Assembly: GCA_017453065.1 (NCBI GenBank)
Contig: JAFTKW010000006.1
Location: forward strand, 22,173 to 86,172
Source: Lachnospiraceae bacterium
GTDB taxonomy: Bacteria > Bacillota > Clostridia > Lachnospirales > Lachnospiraceae
Reading direction: 5' to 3'
Length of the DNA: 64,000 nt
The notes beneath the pieces were generated by a model that saw only the letters and a program-made list of their open reading frames with translations, was not told the DNA's origin and searched no databases. Positions 21,036 through 30,825 of this stretch are shown here, piece by piece (positions within the stretch are counted from its first letter, which is position 1; each line of letters opens with the position of its first letter). A program made the translations under genes and the position numbers.

Positions 21036-22748
21036 CTAGTTGTCTTTACTTACATAGCCAAATCCCAAGATGGTAAAGTCCTTGGTCTCATGGCCTGGTG
21101 CCATTTTTACCTCTACATGACAGAGTTTTTCTTCCCTGTTTCTAAAGCAAATCAAAGCATTGCAGTGAGTCCAGCCTACTTCTCTAGGGTTTACACGAAG
21201 CACTTCATCGCCATCTACATAGACAAGTGCCTCACCTGCATTTACTTCGCCGCTGTCCTTGTACACCAAGAATAAAGCACTTGCTTTGATATCAAACTCA
21301 AACGCTTTATTTCCACAATCACCTGCATGCATCCAGTTGTTTGGAAACTCTGCTGTACCACCTAGGTCCAAATCTCTCTCTACATACTGCAATTGTGTAT
21401 CTGTTCCCTTAAAATCGCCCTCTGACAAATTTGCATCCTGTGGGACGGTCTTTCTGTCAAAGAACCTCACGTTCTCAAATTCATCACTCTTAGGCGCTGG
21501 TGTTCCAGAAATATCGCTATCCTTTTCTGGCTCATTCGCAGCATCCGCTGCTTCCATAAAGTAATTAAGACAATCCGCCATAATGGTATGTCCCACGTTA
21601 GCTGGGTGGTAGCAGTCATAGAAAAACTGCCCCTTGCCTATCACCTTTCCCTGACCGGCCTTCAGATAAAACTGTGGTGTAACCGCATTTTTCACGCTCA
21701 CCATTGGCAAATCATAGGCCTTGCCAATTGGAATCATACGCTCCTGAAGATTGTAATCGTCTGCAAATACAGAGAACAGTAAGATAACCGCTGGTTTGCC
21801 AGGACCATTGTAAATCTTGCGAATCAGGCTGTCGTAACAATCTCCCTCTGTCTCATCTCCCGCATCGTTTACAGCGTATTCGATGACCATAATATCTGGA
21901 GTCACTTCTCCATAATTCAGCACGTCCATTTCATAACGCATCAAGCCCAGTTCAGAAGGAGTACCTCCCACACCCGCTTTGACGTACTGTATATTGTCCT
22001 CTGTTCCTTTTTCAGCCAGTTTGCAAAAAGCCTGAAAAGTCTTGTATGCATAGCACTGCGTATTGATTGGCACCGCTCCCGCACCCTGCGTGATGGAGCC
22101 ACCAATAAACCCAAAGGTAACCTTTTCGCCTGCTCTTGCTTTCGCAAGTGCTCTCTTGAAGCGTTTCACATTGCCAAGCTCTACCAAGGAGCCCTTTAGC
22201 ATCTGCTGATAAAGTGGATCTTGCAAATCAACCTTGGCTTCTTCCTCCTGTTCTGGAGCTTCATAGCCATCGTTCAAGTAAAGTTTCACGGTAATTTCAG
22301 CCATCTGGCCAGCAGTTTCAAAGTGGATGCGAATCTGCCCCGGTACATTGTCCTGTTCGGACCACTGAACCTGATCTAACTGTAAAATATGTTCCATGCC
22401 ATTGGTGGTCACTCTCTGTTTTAAGCAGGTGCCACCACCGTACACATCTTCCTTGCCATACATCTGGAAAACAAAGTCCACATGGCCATCTTTATCCTCT
22501 GCCATAGCTTCAATTCCGATGCTGTGCACCAATTTGCGAAAGCCTTCCACGGTCTTTAATAACTCAATCATGCTCTCATCTTCAATGCCGCCTACAATCT
22601 TGGCATTGCTGAGCAATCTGCCATCACTCATGTACAAAAACTGTACACCTTTGCCGCCTTCTGCTGGGGAACCAGCTACATTCTTGCCACGCATGATGTA
22701 AAAAAACGGTCTTTTCTTGGTTGGATCCTTAGGTGCCTTTGGTCCCAT
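21036..22748 (-). CDS. SGNH/GDSL hydrolase, probable carbohydrate (acetyl-xylan) esterase with extra N- and C-terminal domains
   Basis: Block I GFIGGSITQG, block II GVGGT, block III EYAVND, block V DCYHP. Lies between GH8 and GH115. Start at M11 (GGAGG). Confidence 0.8.
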   Translation of the reverse strand: MGPKAPKDPTKKRPFFYIMRGKNVAGSPAEGGKGVQFLYMSDGRLLSNAKIVGGIEDESMIELLKTVEGFRKLVHSIGIEAMAEDKDGHVDFVFQMYGKEDVYGGGTCLKQRVTTNGMEHILQLDQVQWSEQDNVPGQIRIHFETAGQMAEITVKLYLNDGYEAPEQEEEAKVDLQDPLYQQMLKGSLVELGNVKRFKRALAKARAGEKVTFGFIGGSITQGAGAVPINTQCYAYKTFQAFCKLAEKGTEDNIQYVKAGVGGTPSELGLMRYEMDVLNYGEVTPDIMVIEYAVNDAGDETEGDCYDSLIRKIYNGPGKPAVILLFSVFADDYNLQERMIPIGKAYDLPMVSVKNAVTPQFYLKAGQGKVIGKGQFFYDCYHPANVGHTIMADCLNYFMEAADAANEPEKDSDISGTPAPKSDEFENVRFFDRKTVPQDANLSEGDFKGTDTQLQYVERDLDLGGTAEFPNNWMHAGDCGNKAFEFDIKASALFLVYKDSGEVNAGEALVYVDGDEVLRVNPREVGWTHCNALICFRNREEKLCHVEVKMAPGHETKDFTILGFGYVSKDN

Positions 22749-22752
22749 ACTC

Positions 22753-23919
22753 TTACCTCCAAATACGGTAGTTACCACTGAGTGCTAAAAATGCAAACAT
22801 GTACAAACAGTTATCGTAATATCTATACTTTCCTGTACGAAGTGGCATATCCCAAAAAGCTTTTACCCATCCAAGGGCTGTCTCGTAAGCCTTGGTGTCC
22901 CCTTTTGGAATCGCCAATGCGCTCTGTGCCACAGTGGCTGGAATCGCCAGTGGATGATGTGCTTTACTTCCTTCCACCACGCTTCCATCTATCTCATATA
23001 TGTAATATTCTTCTTTTGCTCTTGCCTGAAGCAAATATTCCTGAATGCGTTCCGCCGCAATTCTTTGGCCAGCATCCACACCATACCACTCATAGTCCAA
23101 GCCTATATTGGCTACTGTGCGGTAAGCATCGCTGTAAAACCAGTCATGACGATCTTTGGTCCATGGCAAGGGTCTGCTCATAGGGCTGCCATCAAACTCT
23201 GCATATTCTGCACTAAATCCCGTCACAGGATGGCATGCTACTGCCAAATAATCTCGGCTAGCCTTTACAGCCTTTTTCCAAAATTCACGGTCCTCTTCAT
23301 CTGCCCACTGCGCAAAAAGCTCATAGAAGTGTGGCAAATGATAGGATGGATCTGTAAAATCAGCACCTGGCACAAACAAAATCTGATGATTGTCATGATT
23401 CCACATAGGAGTTCCAATTCTGCCATTCTGCCCCTTATGGATGCAGGCACGCAGAATATCCTTGGCCTGACTAGTATAATCGAAAATACCCTCACCATTG
23501 CCCCATCTGTGTGCTGCAAAAAACAGCGCCAGTGCAAAAAACTCTTCGCCGTCCGGTGCTGGACCATTGGCATTCTTGGTACCATCAAGCTGACAGGACC
23601 ATGCAAAATAGCCTTCATTGAAGCCTTCGTCCATCCACATATAGGTCTTTGACCACTTCCAAAGTCTGTCAAATTCCTCCTTCATATCCAGCTGAACACA
23701 CATCATCATACCATATGACATACCCTCTGTACGAACATCGTCATTTCCAGTATCTGTGATGTACCCCATATCCTCTCCCACAGGGAAATAGACTCTCTCG
23801 TCATCCGCCCCATAGAAAAATGTCTGTTTCACTTCTTCCAATCGCTGTTTTACCAGTGCAGGATCGATACCCGCTTCTTCAAAAAGATTTCTGTAGGTTT
23901 TGGTCAATTCTGTACTCAT
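22753..23919 (-). CDS. GH8 reducing-end xylose-releasing exo-oligoxylanase (Rex-like)
   Basis: DVRTEGMSYGMM (catalytic Glu), APDGEEFFA, FTDPSYHLPHFY, SDAYRT, HHP loop, RYYDNCLYMFA. No signal peptide. Start taken at MSTELT. Confidence 0.88.
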   Translation of the reverse strand: MSTELTKTYRNLFEEAGIDPALVKQRLEEVKQTFFYGADDERVYFPVGEDMGYITDTGNDDVRTEGMSYGMMMCVQLDMKEEFDRLWKWSKTYMWMDEGFNEGYFAWSCQLDGTKNANGPAPDGEEFFALALFFAAHRWGNGEGIFDYTSQAKDILRACIHKGQNGRIGTPMWNHDNHQILFVPGADFTDPSYHLPHFYELFAQWADEEDREFWKKAVKASRDYLAVACHPVTGFSAEYAEFDGSPMSRPLPWTKDRHDWFYSDAYRTVANIGLDYEWYGVDAGQRIAAERIQEYLLQARAKEEYYIYEIDGSVVEGSKAHHPLAIPATVAQSALAIPKGDTKAYETALGWVKAFWDMPLRTGKYRYYDNCLYMFAFLALSGNYRIWR

Positions 23920-24106
23920 AAATCCTTTGCCTTTCCAATAATTATTTGACTCCTCATCCACTTTCATTGTACTTAATTTGCACATCGATTTCTTCTCATG
24001 CTTTGTCATAACTTTATCAAATTTTGCTTTCGAAACTTATCATTTATTGTGCACATTGCAAAAGTTGCGATTTGATGTTAAACTAATGAGTGGAGGAGAG
24101 CAAAAT

Positions 24107-24985
24107 ATGCGCAAAAATCTACAAACCACATTTACGTCAAGACAGCACATGCTGTCCAAAGATTTTGAGATTTTTTACTATAGCGACACTCATATGCCAA
24201 CCGTCAGAACTCATGCTCACACCTACTATGAGTTCTATCTTTTTATATCTGGGGACATCTCCCTGCAGATTGATCACGAACTGTTTAAACCTCGAGGCGG
24301 TGATATGGTTCTGATTCCACCCGGTGTTTCACACAAAGCAACGGTTCTCTCTGAAGAAGTTCCATACCAGCGTTTTGTCTTCTGGATTAGCCAGGATTAC
24401 TGCAATCGACTGATGAGTTTAGACCCCTCCTATGGCTATCTGATGCAGCATGTAATTACCACCAAGAATTACATCTATCACTATGACACCATCTCCTTCA
24501 ATACACTCCAATCCAAAGTCTTTGCACTGCTGGAGGAATTGGGTTCCAATCGCTATGGCAAGACTGCCAAAATAGCTCTGTGTGTAGATGACTTGATTCT
24601 TCACTTAAATCGAAGTGCCTATGAGATGGACCATCCAGAAAGCCAAAAAGAAAGGCAGGCCCTCTACCAGAATCTCATGCTTTATATCGAAGACCATCTG
24701 GAAGATGACTTGTCCCTGGATCAATTGGAGAAAGCTTTCTTTGTAAGCAAATATCACATTGCTCATGTATTCAAAGAAAATCTGGGCTTGTCTGTTCATC
24801 AATACATCCTCAAAAAGCGCCTCGCCGCCTGCAAGGAGGCTATCCTGGGAGGTGGCAAAATCAACGACTGCTATCTTCTGTATGGCTTTAAAGACTACTC
24901 CAGTTTTTATCGCGCTTTCAAAAAGGAATACGGCATTTCTCCCAGTGAATACAAAGAACTTTCCAGCCGAGAGGTCATGGAATAA
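24107..24985 (+). CDS. AraC-family transcriptional regulator (cupin + HTH)
   Basis: HAHTYYEFY cupin; FFVSKYHIAHVFK and YGFKDYSSFYRAFKKEYGISP HTH. Start after GGAGG. Confidence 0.92.
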   Translation: MRKNLQTTFTSRQHMLSKDFEIFYYSDTHMPTVRTHAHTYYEFYLFISGDISLQIDHELFKPRGGDMVLIPPGVSHKATVLSEEVPYQRFVFWISQDYCNRLMSLDPSYGYLMQHVITTKNYIYHYDTISFNTLQSKVFALLEELGSNRYGKTAKIALCVDDLILHLNRSAYEMDHPESQKERQALYQNLMLYIEDHLEDDLSLDQLEKAFFVSKYHIAHVFKENLGLSVHQYILKKRLAACKEAILGGGKINDCYLLYGFKDYSSFYRAFKKEYGISPSEYKELSSREVME

Positions 24986-25005
24986 CCGAATAAATTCTGA
25001 TAGAC

Positions 25006-25034
25006 AAAAGGCGCTTCCTATCGAAGCGCCTTTT
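25006..25034. terminator. Bidirectional intrinsic terminator
   Basis: AAAAGGCGCTTC-ctatc-GAAGCGCCTTTT between convergent genes. Confidence 0.85.
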
Positions 25035-25041
25035 CTTATGC

Positions 25042-26706
25042 TTACGCGTATTTTTCCATAAATTCTTCCTTTGGACAAGGTTTGCCAAAGTAGTAACCCT
25101 GTATGTAATCCGGGCCCAATTTCGTAATATTGGCTAGTTCTTCCTCGGTCTCAATACCCTCTACACACATCTCAAGTTCAATGCCATGCACCATGTCGAT
25201 GATATGCTTCAGCAAACTGTTTTCATAGGTATTCTTCAGCGCTTTCATGGTGAAGGTTCTATCTACCTTGATGGTCTTTGGTGTAATTTCCGCCAGATAG
25301 TGGAAATTGGAATATCCTGTTCCAAAATCGTCCAAATACAGGGAAACACCATGCTCCTTTAGACCAGAACAGAAGGACAGGAACTTATCGTCCGCCTCGA
25401 TAAAGCCGCTCTCAGTAAGTTCAACAATCAGAAGAGACGGATCCAATTCATACTCTTTGAGACCCTTCACAATATCTGAGAGCACATCACTCTTTATAAC
25501 CTGTATATAAGACACATTAAAGCTTACCTTAAATCCTGGAACAATAGCCTGCATAGCACTGCAAAGCTGCAGGGACTGTTTGATTACCCAACGTCCCACC
25601 GGAATAATGAGTCCACTCTCTTCCAAAAGCGGAATAAACTCCGCTGGTGAAACATGTCCTATCTCAGGATGATAGAAACGCAGAAGCGTTTCTGCGCTGG
25701 AAAGCTCTCTTCCCTGTGCACGCACAATCGGCTGAAAATGCGTATTAAAGCCCTCATATCCTTTGTTCACTGCTTCTCTAAGAAGTCTAAGCAATTTTCT
25801 TTCGCGTAGGAACTTTTCATATTCCTCACGGTCAAATACCTTACATCTATTTCGGCCTTCGTTCTTAGCTCCGTCCAAGGCGAACTCAGAATATTTCATC
25901 AAGTCTGAATAACTCTGGCTATCTACCTCATCGAAACAAATAATACCTGCTGAAATAGTATAAAATACCTCATACTTATTTCTGCGAATGGAAAGAACGA
26001 TTGCTCTGGCTATCCTGCGGTACAATTCCATGGCCTGTTCCTGCCCCGCACCTGTAGTGTCCATGATTACAAACTGGTCAGAAACGATACGATACACCGT
26101 CTGCCCAGACCCAAGTACAGAGGAAATAGCAACTGCAGTCTGTTTCAGGACTTCATCGCCGTATTCAACGCCCTTTCTCTCATTAATCTTTTTAAACTCA
26201 TCCAGGCCTATGCGAAGCATAAATCCATGCATGCCTTCTTCCTGACAATCATTGATCATCTGGTGCAATGCAGCTTCGCCCAAAAGTCCACTTAAGTTAT
26301 CTGCTTTCTGCTTGTCGCCAATTTCATTGATACAACCAACCATAAAAGCAGGCTTTCCATCTGCGCCCGTCATTACTCGTCCACGACAGTTAATCCAAAT
26401 CACTTCGTTATTTTTGCCCAGCCAACGATAGTGCAGATTGTGGAAATCCTTTTCGCCGGAAACCATGGCTTTCAAGTCATCGCGAAGCATTGGAAAATCC
26501 TCTGGATAAACAAACTTTTCATGTGTTTCAATAACGTTCGAGAACTCCGTTGCAGGCATTTTAAATCGTTCTGCCGCTGTAGCAGAAATGCTGTATCTAT
26601 CATTCAAAATATCATAGACATACAAGAAATCATCCATGCATGGTTCTAAGTCATCTATAACCGCTTTGGCAAACTCATATGTCAAGTATTCTCTGACATC
26701 TCCCAT
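25042..26706 (-). CDS. PAS-GGDEF(degenerate)-EAL c-di-GMP phosphodiesterase
   Basis: PAS (VYPEDF..WINCRG), GGDEF site replaced by VSDQF, EAL domain with FQPIV, ETLLR, ELTES, DDFGTGYS, KVDR, EGIET, QGYYF. Confidence 0.88.
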   Translation of the reverse strand: MGDVREYLTYEFAKAVIDDLEPCMDDFLYVYDILNDRYSISATAAERFKMPATEFSNVIETHEKFVYPEDFPMLRDDLKAMVSGEKDFHNLHYRWLGKNNEVIWINCRGRVMTGADGKPAFMVGCINEIGDKQKADNLSGLLGEAALHQMINDCQEEGMHGFMLRIGLDEFKKINERKGVEYGDEVLKQTAVAISSVLGSGQTVYRIVSDQFVIMDTTGAGQEQAMELYRRIARAIVLSIRRNKYEVFYTISAGIICFDEVDSQSYSDLMKYSEFALDGAKNEGRNRCKVFDREEYEKFLRERKLLRLLREAVNKGYEGFNTHFQPIVRAQGRELSSAETLLRFYHPEIGHVSPAEFIPLLEESGLIIPVGRWVIKQSLQLCSAMQAIVPGFKVSFNVSYIQVIKSDVLSDIVKGLKEYELDPSLLIVELTESGFIEADDKFLSFCSGLKEHGVSLYLDDFGTGYSNFHYLAEITPKTIKVDRTFTMKALKNTYENSLLKHIIDMVHGIELEMCVEGIETEEELANITKLGPDYIQGYYFGKPCPKEEFMEKYA

Positions 26707-26920
26707 ACAATTGCCCCCTTTCATATCCCCTGACATTGTGTTATTCTGTCATTAGAAACGTTTTTCTTAGTACTGTTTTATTTTCCCCAACGTATATTCT
26801 ATCACTTTATTGCGTTAAAATCAAACGATTGACAAAAAATCAGTGCTTTTTTATACTTTTCTTAGATTATTCCTGTTTTTTTCAAAAAATAACGCAAAAT
26901 TTCACCAGCAAGAGGCATAT

Positions 26921-27829
26921 ATGATTACCAATTTAGAATACTACAAAGTTTTTTATTATGCAGCTAAAGCAGGCTCTCTGACAATTGCAGCCAAGCAACT
27001 GTCTATTTCACAGCCGGCAGTCAGTCAGTCGCTGAAGCAATTAGAAGATCAGCTGGGTGTTTCTCTTTTTTACAGAGCTTCCAGGGGCATAAAGCTCTCT
27101 CCCGAGGGGGAACTGCTATTTTCCTATGTAGCTAGAGCCTACGAGCAACTAGAATTAGGAGAACGCAAACTGATGCAAATGGTTGGTATGGGCTTAGGAG
27201 AGGTGCGCATCGGAGCCAGTGACATGACCCTACAGTTTTACCTGCTACCCTACCTAGAAATGTTCCACGAAAAATTCCCTGGCATCAAAGTAATCGTAAC
27301 CAACGCACCTACCCCTGAGACTATCCGCAATCTTCAAAATGGACAGATTGACTTCGCTGTAGTCAGCACTCCTGTAGACCTTCCACACGACATGAAGGCA
27401 GTCAAAGTAAAGGAAATCGAAGACGTATTTGTGGCTGGCAGACGTTTTACCCAATACAAAAATCACACTTTGGATTTGCAGGCCTTAGAATCTCTTCCAC
27501 TGATTTTCTTGGAACACAACACCAGTACTCGAAGCTATATGGACAAATTTTTGGCAGGCAAAAACATTCACATTCGCCCAGAATTTGAATTGGCAACCAG
27601 TGATATGATTGTACAGTTTGCTCTTCGAAATCTGGGTGTGGGCTGTATAGTCAAAGACTTTGCCAAGCCCCACATCGAATCAGGCAAGCTGTTCGAACTT
27701 CGCTTTAATGAGATTATTCCAAAAAGACATTTCTGCGTTGTCACAGCAAGCAAAGCGCCAATGTCCCTTGCCGCCCAGAATCTTATCGACATCATATATC
27801 AAGACTTAAAGGAGAACCACAATGATTAA
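26921..27829 (+). CDS. LysR-family transcriptional regulator
   Basis: GSLTIAAKQLSISQPAVSQSLKQLE HTH plus substrate-binding domain. Confidence 0.93.
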   Translation: MITNLEYYKVFYYAAKAGSLTIAAKQLSISQPAVSQSLKQLEDQLGVSLFYRASRGIKLSPEGELLFSYVARAYEQLELGERKLMQMVGMGLGEVRIGASDMTLQFYLLPYLEMFHEKFPGIKVIVTNAPTPETIRNLQNGQIDFAVVSTPVDLPHDMKAVKVKEIEDVFVAGRRFTQYKNHTLDLQALESLPLIFLEHNTSTRSYMDKFLAGKNIHIRPEFELATSDMIVQFALRNLGVGCIVKDFAKPHIESGKLFELRFNEIIPKRHFCVVTASKAPMSLAAQNLIDIIYQDLKENHND

Positions 27830-28424
27830 AACCATTATTTTCGATATCGGAAACGTACTCACAGGGTTTTACCTTCGAGAATTCATCCAAAGCAAAGGTT
27901 ATGACGATGCCATGGTGAAACGCATCGAAAAAGCCACTGTATTCACTCCCGTTTGGGGCGAACTGGACAGAGGTAGATGGACAGAAGAGCAAATCATAAA
28001 TGGCTTCATCGCCAATGACCCCGATATAGAAAAAGAGCTTCGCAGCACTTTTTCCAATGTAAACGGTATGCTTGCTCGTTTTGACTATGCGATTCCATGG
28101 ATTAGGGAGCTCAAATCCAAGGGATATCAGGTGCTTTATCTGTCCAACTTCAATCGTCCAGCCCATATACAATGCGCAGACGCACTGGACTTTCTCCCTT
28201 ATATGGATGGTGGTATTTTGTCCTATCAGGACTTGGTCATCAAACCTGAGCCCGAAATATATCAGCTGCTCATCGACCGCTACAATCTAATTCCTGATCA
28301 GTGTGTTTTTCTAGACGATTTGCAAGCCAATCTGGACGGCGCAGCCAAGTTTGGTATTCACACCATACTTTTCAAAAATCAAGCAGATGCTATTGAAGCA
28401 TTAAAAAAACTGGGAGTAGAGTAA
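27822..28424 (+). CDS. HAD-superfamily phosphatase (YihX-like)
   Basis: Motif I FDIGNVL, LSN, KPEPEIY, FLDD. Confidence 0.88.
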   Translation: MIKTIIFDIGNVLTGFYLREFIQSKGYDDAMVKRIEKATVFTPVWGELDRGRWTEEQIINGFIANDPDIEKELRSTFSNVNGMLARFDYAIPWIRELKSKGYQVLYLSNFNRPAHIQCADALDFLPYMDGGILSYQDLVIKPEPEIYQLLIDRYNLIPDQCVFLDDLQANLDGAAKFGIHTILFKNQADAIEALKKLGVE

Positions 28425-28439
28425 TCTACACCCAGTTTT
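28406..28439. terminator. Bidirectional terminator overlapping the HAD stop codon
   Basis: AAAACTGGGaGTAGA-gtaa-TCTACaCCCAGTTTT. Confidence 0.65.
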
Positions 28440-28464
28440 CATATGTCATATTTTACTATGTCGT

Positions 28465-28797
28465 CTATTCTACTGTATCTTCTGCGTTGGTTACAGGCAT
28501 CTCTTCTGCCTCTTCTTCGCCAGTCTCCTGGCCATCCAAAGCATCTTCTCCCGTCTGCATCAGATTCAAGTCAGCCATAGTTTTCTTACCTGTCATCTGT
28601 CCATAAAGCCAGATGTATATCCACGCCAAAAGTGGTACTGCTATGGTTGCCATCAGGCAGGCAGCAAACAGATTTCCTTTGTCTACAGGTGCAAACAAAG
28701 CCACAAAGAAGGTTACTATGTAAAGTAGAGCCAAAAGCACCAGTGCAACAATAGCTGCAATACGCTTTGGTGTCATCTTAGATTCTTCTTTCTTCAC
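28465..28797 (-). CDS. Small two-TM hypothetical membrane protein with acidic tail
   Basis: Two hydrophobic segments; 3 bp downstream of purF. Confidence 0.7.
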   Translation of the reverse strand: MKKEESKMTPKRIAAIVALVLLALLYIVTFFVALFAPVDKGNLFAACLMATIAVPLLAWIYIWLYGQMTGKKTMADLNLMQTGEDALDGQETGEEEAEEMPVTNAEDTVE

Positions 28798-28800
28798 CGT

Positions 28801-30207
28801 TTACTCCTTTCCATCCCAACAATAGGTACAAAGCTTACTCTTGTCCAATCCTACCGCAGCAACCATATCATCCAATCTGTGATATCTTAGGGATGTAAAG
28901 TTTAACTGCTTACAGATACGGCCAATCATATCCTTGTATTCTTCGGTCTCTGGATTGGTATATGCCTGCAGGTCAATATATTTGCCCTCTCGTTCAATTT
29001 CCTTCAAAGTCTGTCTGGTAATCAAATCCATCTCGGAAGAACTGCGTGAGAAATTCAAATACTTACAACCGTACATAATCGGAGGACACGCTGGTCTGAT
29101 ATGTACCTCTTTTGCGCCACTCTGATACAAAAATTCTGTGGTCTCACGAAGCTGTGTGCCTCGCACAATAGAATCGTCAATGAGTAGCAGGCTCTTGTCC
29201 TTGATCAATTCATGCACCGGAATCAGTTTCATCTTGGCAATCAGATTACGCTGTGCTTGAATGGTTGGCGTGAAAGATCTGGACCAGGTTGGTGTATACT
29301 TAATAAATGGTCTGGAAAAAGGAATTCCAGAACGATTTGCATATCCTATGGCATGGGCAATACCCGAATCAGGAACACCCGCTACAATATCCGGTGTCAC
29401 ATCATCTCTGTCTGCCAACAGGGCACCACAGTTGTATCTCATCTGCTCCGCGCTGATACCCTCATAGGAAGAGGATGGATATCCATAGTAAACCCAAAGG
29501 AAAGTACAAATCTTCATATCTGTTCCAGGAGCCGCCAAAGTATGCACGCCTTCTGGGGTCAAAATCACAATTTCTCCAGGTCCCAGTTCTCTTACAGGCT
29601 GGTAACCTAAGTTCAAATAAGCGAAGCTTTCAAGACAGGCACAAAAAGCGCCATCCTTTTGGCCGATAGCTACAGGTGTTCTACCCATTTTGTCTCTGGC
29701 AGCATAGATACCCTTTTCTGTCATAATCATGATGGTCATAGAACCTTCTATCAGCTCCTGAGCATATTGGATACCCTCCACGATATGCTCTCTTTGATTG
29801 ATCACAGATGCTACTAATTCTGTGGCATTGATATCACCACCGCTCATCTCCAAGAAATGAGAATGACCTTTATCAAACAACTGTTTTACGATTGCATCTG
29901 TATTGTTTATTTTACCTACTGTCACAATTGCGTAGGTTCCGTGATGGGAGCGAACAATCAATGGCTGTGGCTCATAGTCTGAAATACAGCCAATACCGAT
30001 GTTGCCTACCATCTCATTGATATCTTTGTCAAATTTGGTACGGAAAGGAGCATTTTCAATGTTGTGAATCGCTCTGTCATAGCCCTTTTCCTTACTGTAG
30101 ACCGCCATACCAGCACGTCTGGTTCCCAAATGGGAATGGTAGTCTGTACCAAAAAACAAGTCAAAAACGCAGTCCTCTTTTGAAGTGACTCCAAAAAAAC
30201 CACCCAT
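28801..30207 (-). CDS. purF: Amidophosphoribosyltransferase homolog (N-terminal Cys replaced by Gly)
   Basis: PRT motif LLIDDSIVRGT, VAGVPDSG, Fe-S cysteines (ICTF, CPPIMYGC, CTYC). N-terminus is MGGFFG rather than MCG. Confidence 0.88.
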   Translation of the reverse strand: MGGFFGVTSKEDCVFDLFFGTDYHSHLGTRRAGMAVYSKEKGYDRAIHNIENAPFRTKFDKDINEMVGNIGIGCISDYEPQPLIVRSHHGTYAIVTVGKINNTDAIVKQLFDKGHSHFLEMSGGDINATELVASVINQREHIVEGIQYAQELIEGSMTIMIMTEKGIYAARDKMGRTPVAIGQKDGAFCACLESFAYLNLGYQPVRELGPGEIVILTPEGVHTLAAPGTDMKICTFLWVYYGYPSSSYEGISAEQMRYNCGALLADRDDVTPDIVAGVPDSGIAHAIGYANRSGIPFSRPFIKYTPTWSRSFTPTIQAQRNLIAKMKLIPVHELIKDKSLLLIDDSIVRGTQLRETTEFLYQSGAKEVHIRPACPPIMYGCKYLNFSRSSSEMDLITRQTLKEIEREGKYIDLQAYTNPETEEYKDMIGRICKQLNFTSLRYHRLDDMVAAVGLDKSKLCTYCWDGKE

Positions 30208-30219
30208 GTGTTACTTCTC

Positions 30220-30783
30220 CTACTCTAATGCAGCCGCCTGATATTCAATAGAAACAATCTCATCTCCGCTTAAAATAAAGCAAAGTTTCATGCCTTCTGT
30301 ATTGCCTTCTGGATAATAAACCAGCACTCCATTTTCATCCACATAGTTCTCACCGTAAGCAGCAATCATATCTGCTTTGGTTTCAAACAAAGATACTCCC
30401 TCTTTGGTTTCTACCATATCGTCAAGGAAAAGAATGCTGCCAACGTAGTCCTTGTCATCTACTGGGTAAGTAGTAATCTGGAAACTGTTGTAAGAATACA
30501 TCTTGTCCAAACCATCAAAAGCACAGCTTGCAGATTCAAAGTACTTAATAGGCTCTCCAAGTGCATCCAGATATTCACTCATCAAATGGCCCATCTGAAT
30601 TTCAGTGTCTCCGTACACAAATACGAAGCCCGCTTCTTCCTTCTCCTGAGCTTCTGCCCCTGTAGTCTTACTGCTGGACTGCTCTGACACATCATCTCCG
30701 CTTTTTCCATCGTCTGCACTACCACATGCCGCAAAACTCATCACGCAAGCCAAAAGCAGTGCCAAAACTTTAAAGTTTTTCAT
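30220..30783 (-). CDS. Lipoprotein of unknown function (in dlt-like operon)
   Basis: Lipobox MSFAAC followed by a low-complexity linker and a small acidic domain. Confidence 0.8.
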   Translation of the reverse strand: MKNFKVLALLLACVMSFAACGSADDGKSGDDVSEQSSSKTTGAEAQEKEEAGFVFVYGDTEIQMGHLMSEYLDALGEPIKYFESASCAFDGLDKMYSYNSFQITTYPVDDKDYVGSILFLDDMVETKEGVSLFETKADMIAAYGENYVDENGVLVYYPEGNTEGMKLCFILSGDEIVSIEYQAAALE

Positions 30784-30825
30784 AACATTTGTCTCCTCTT
30801 TTTTGATTAGCCAATTACGCTAGTT

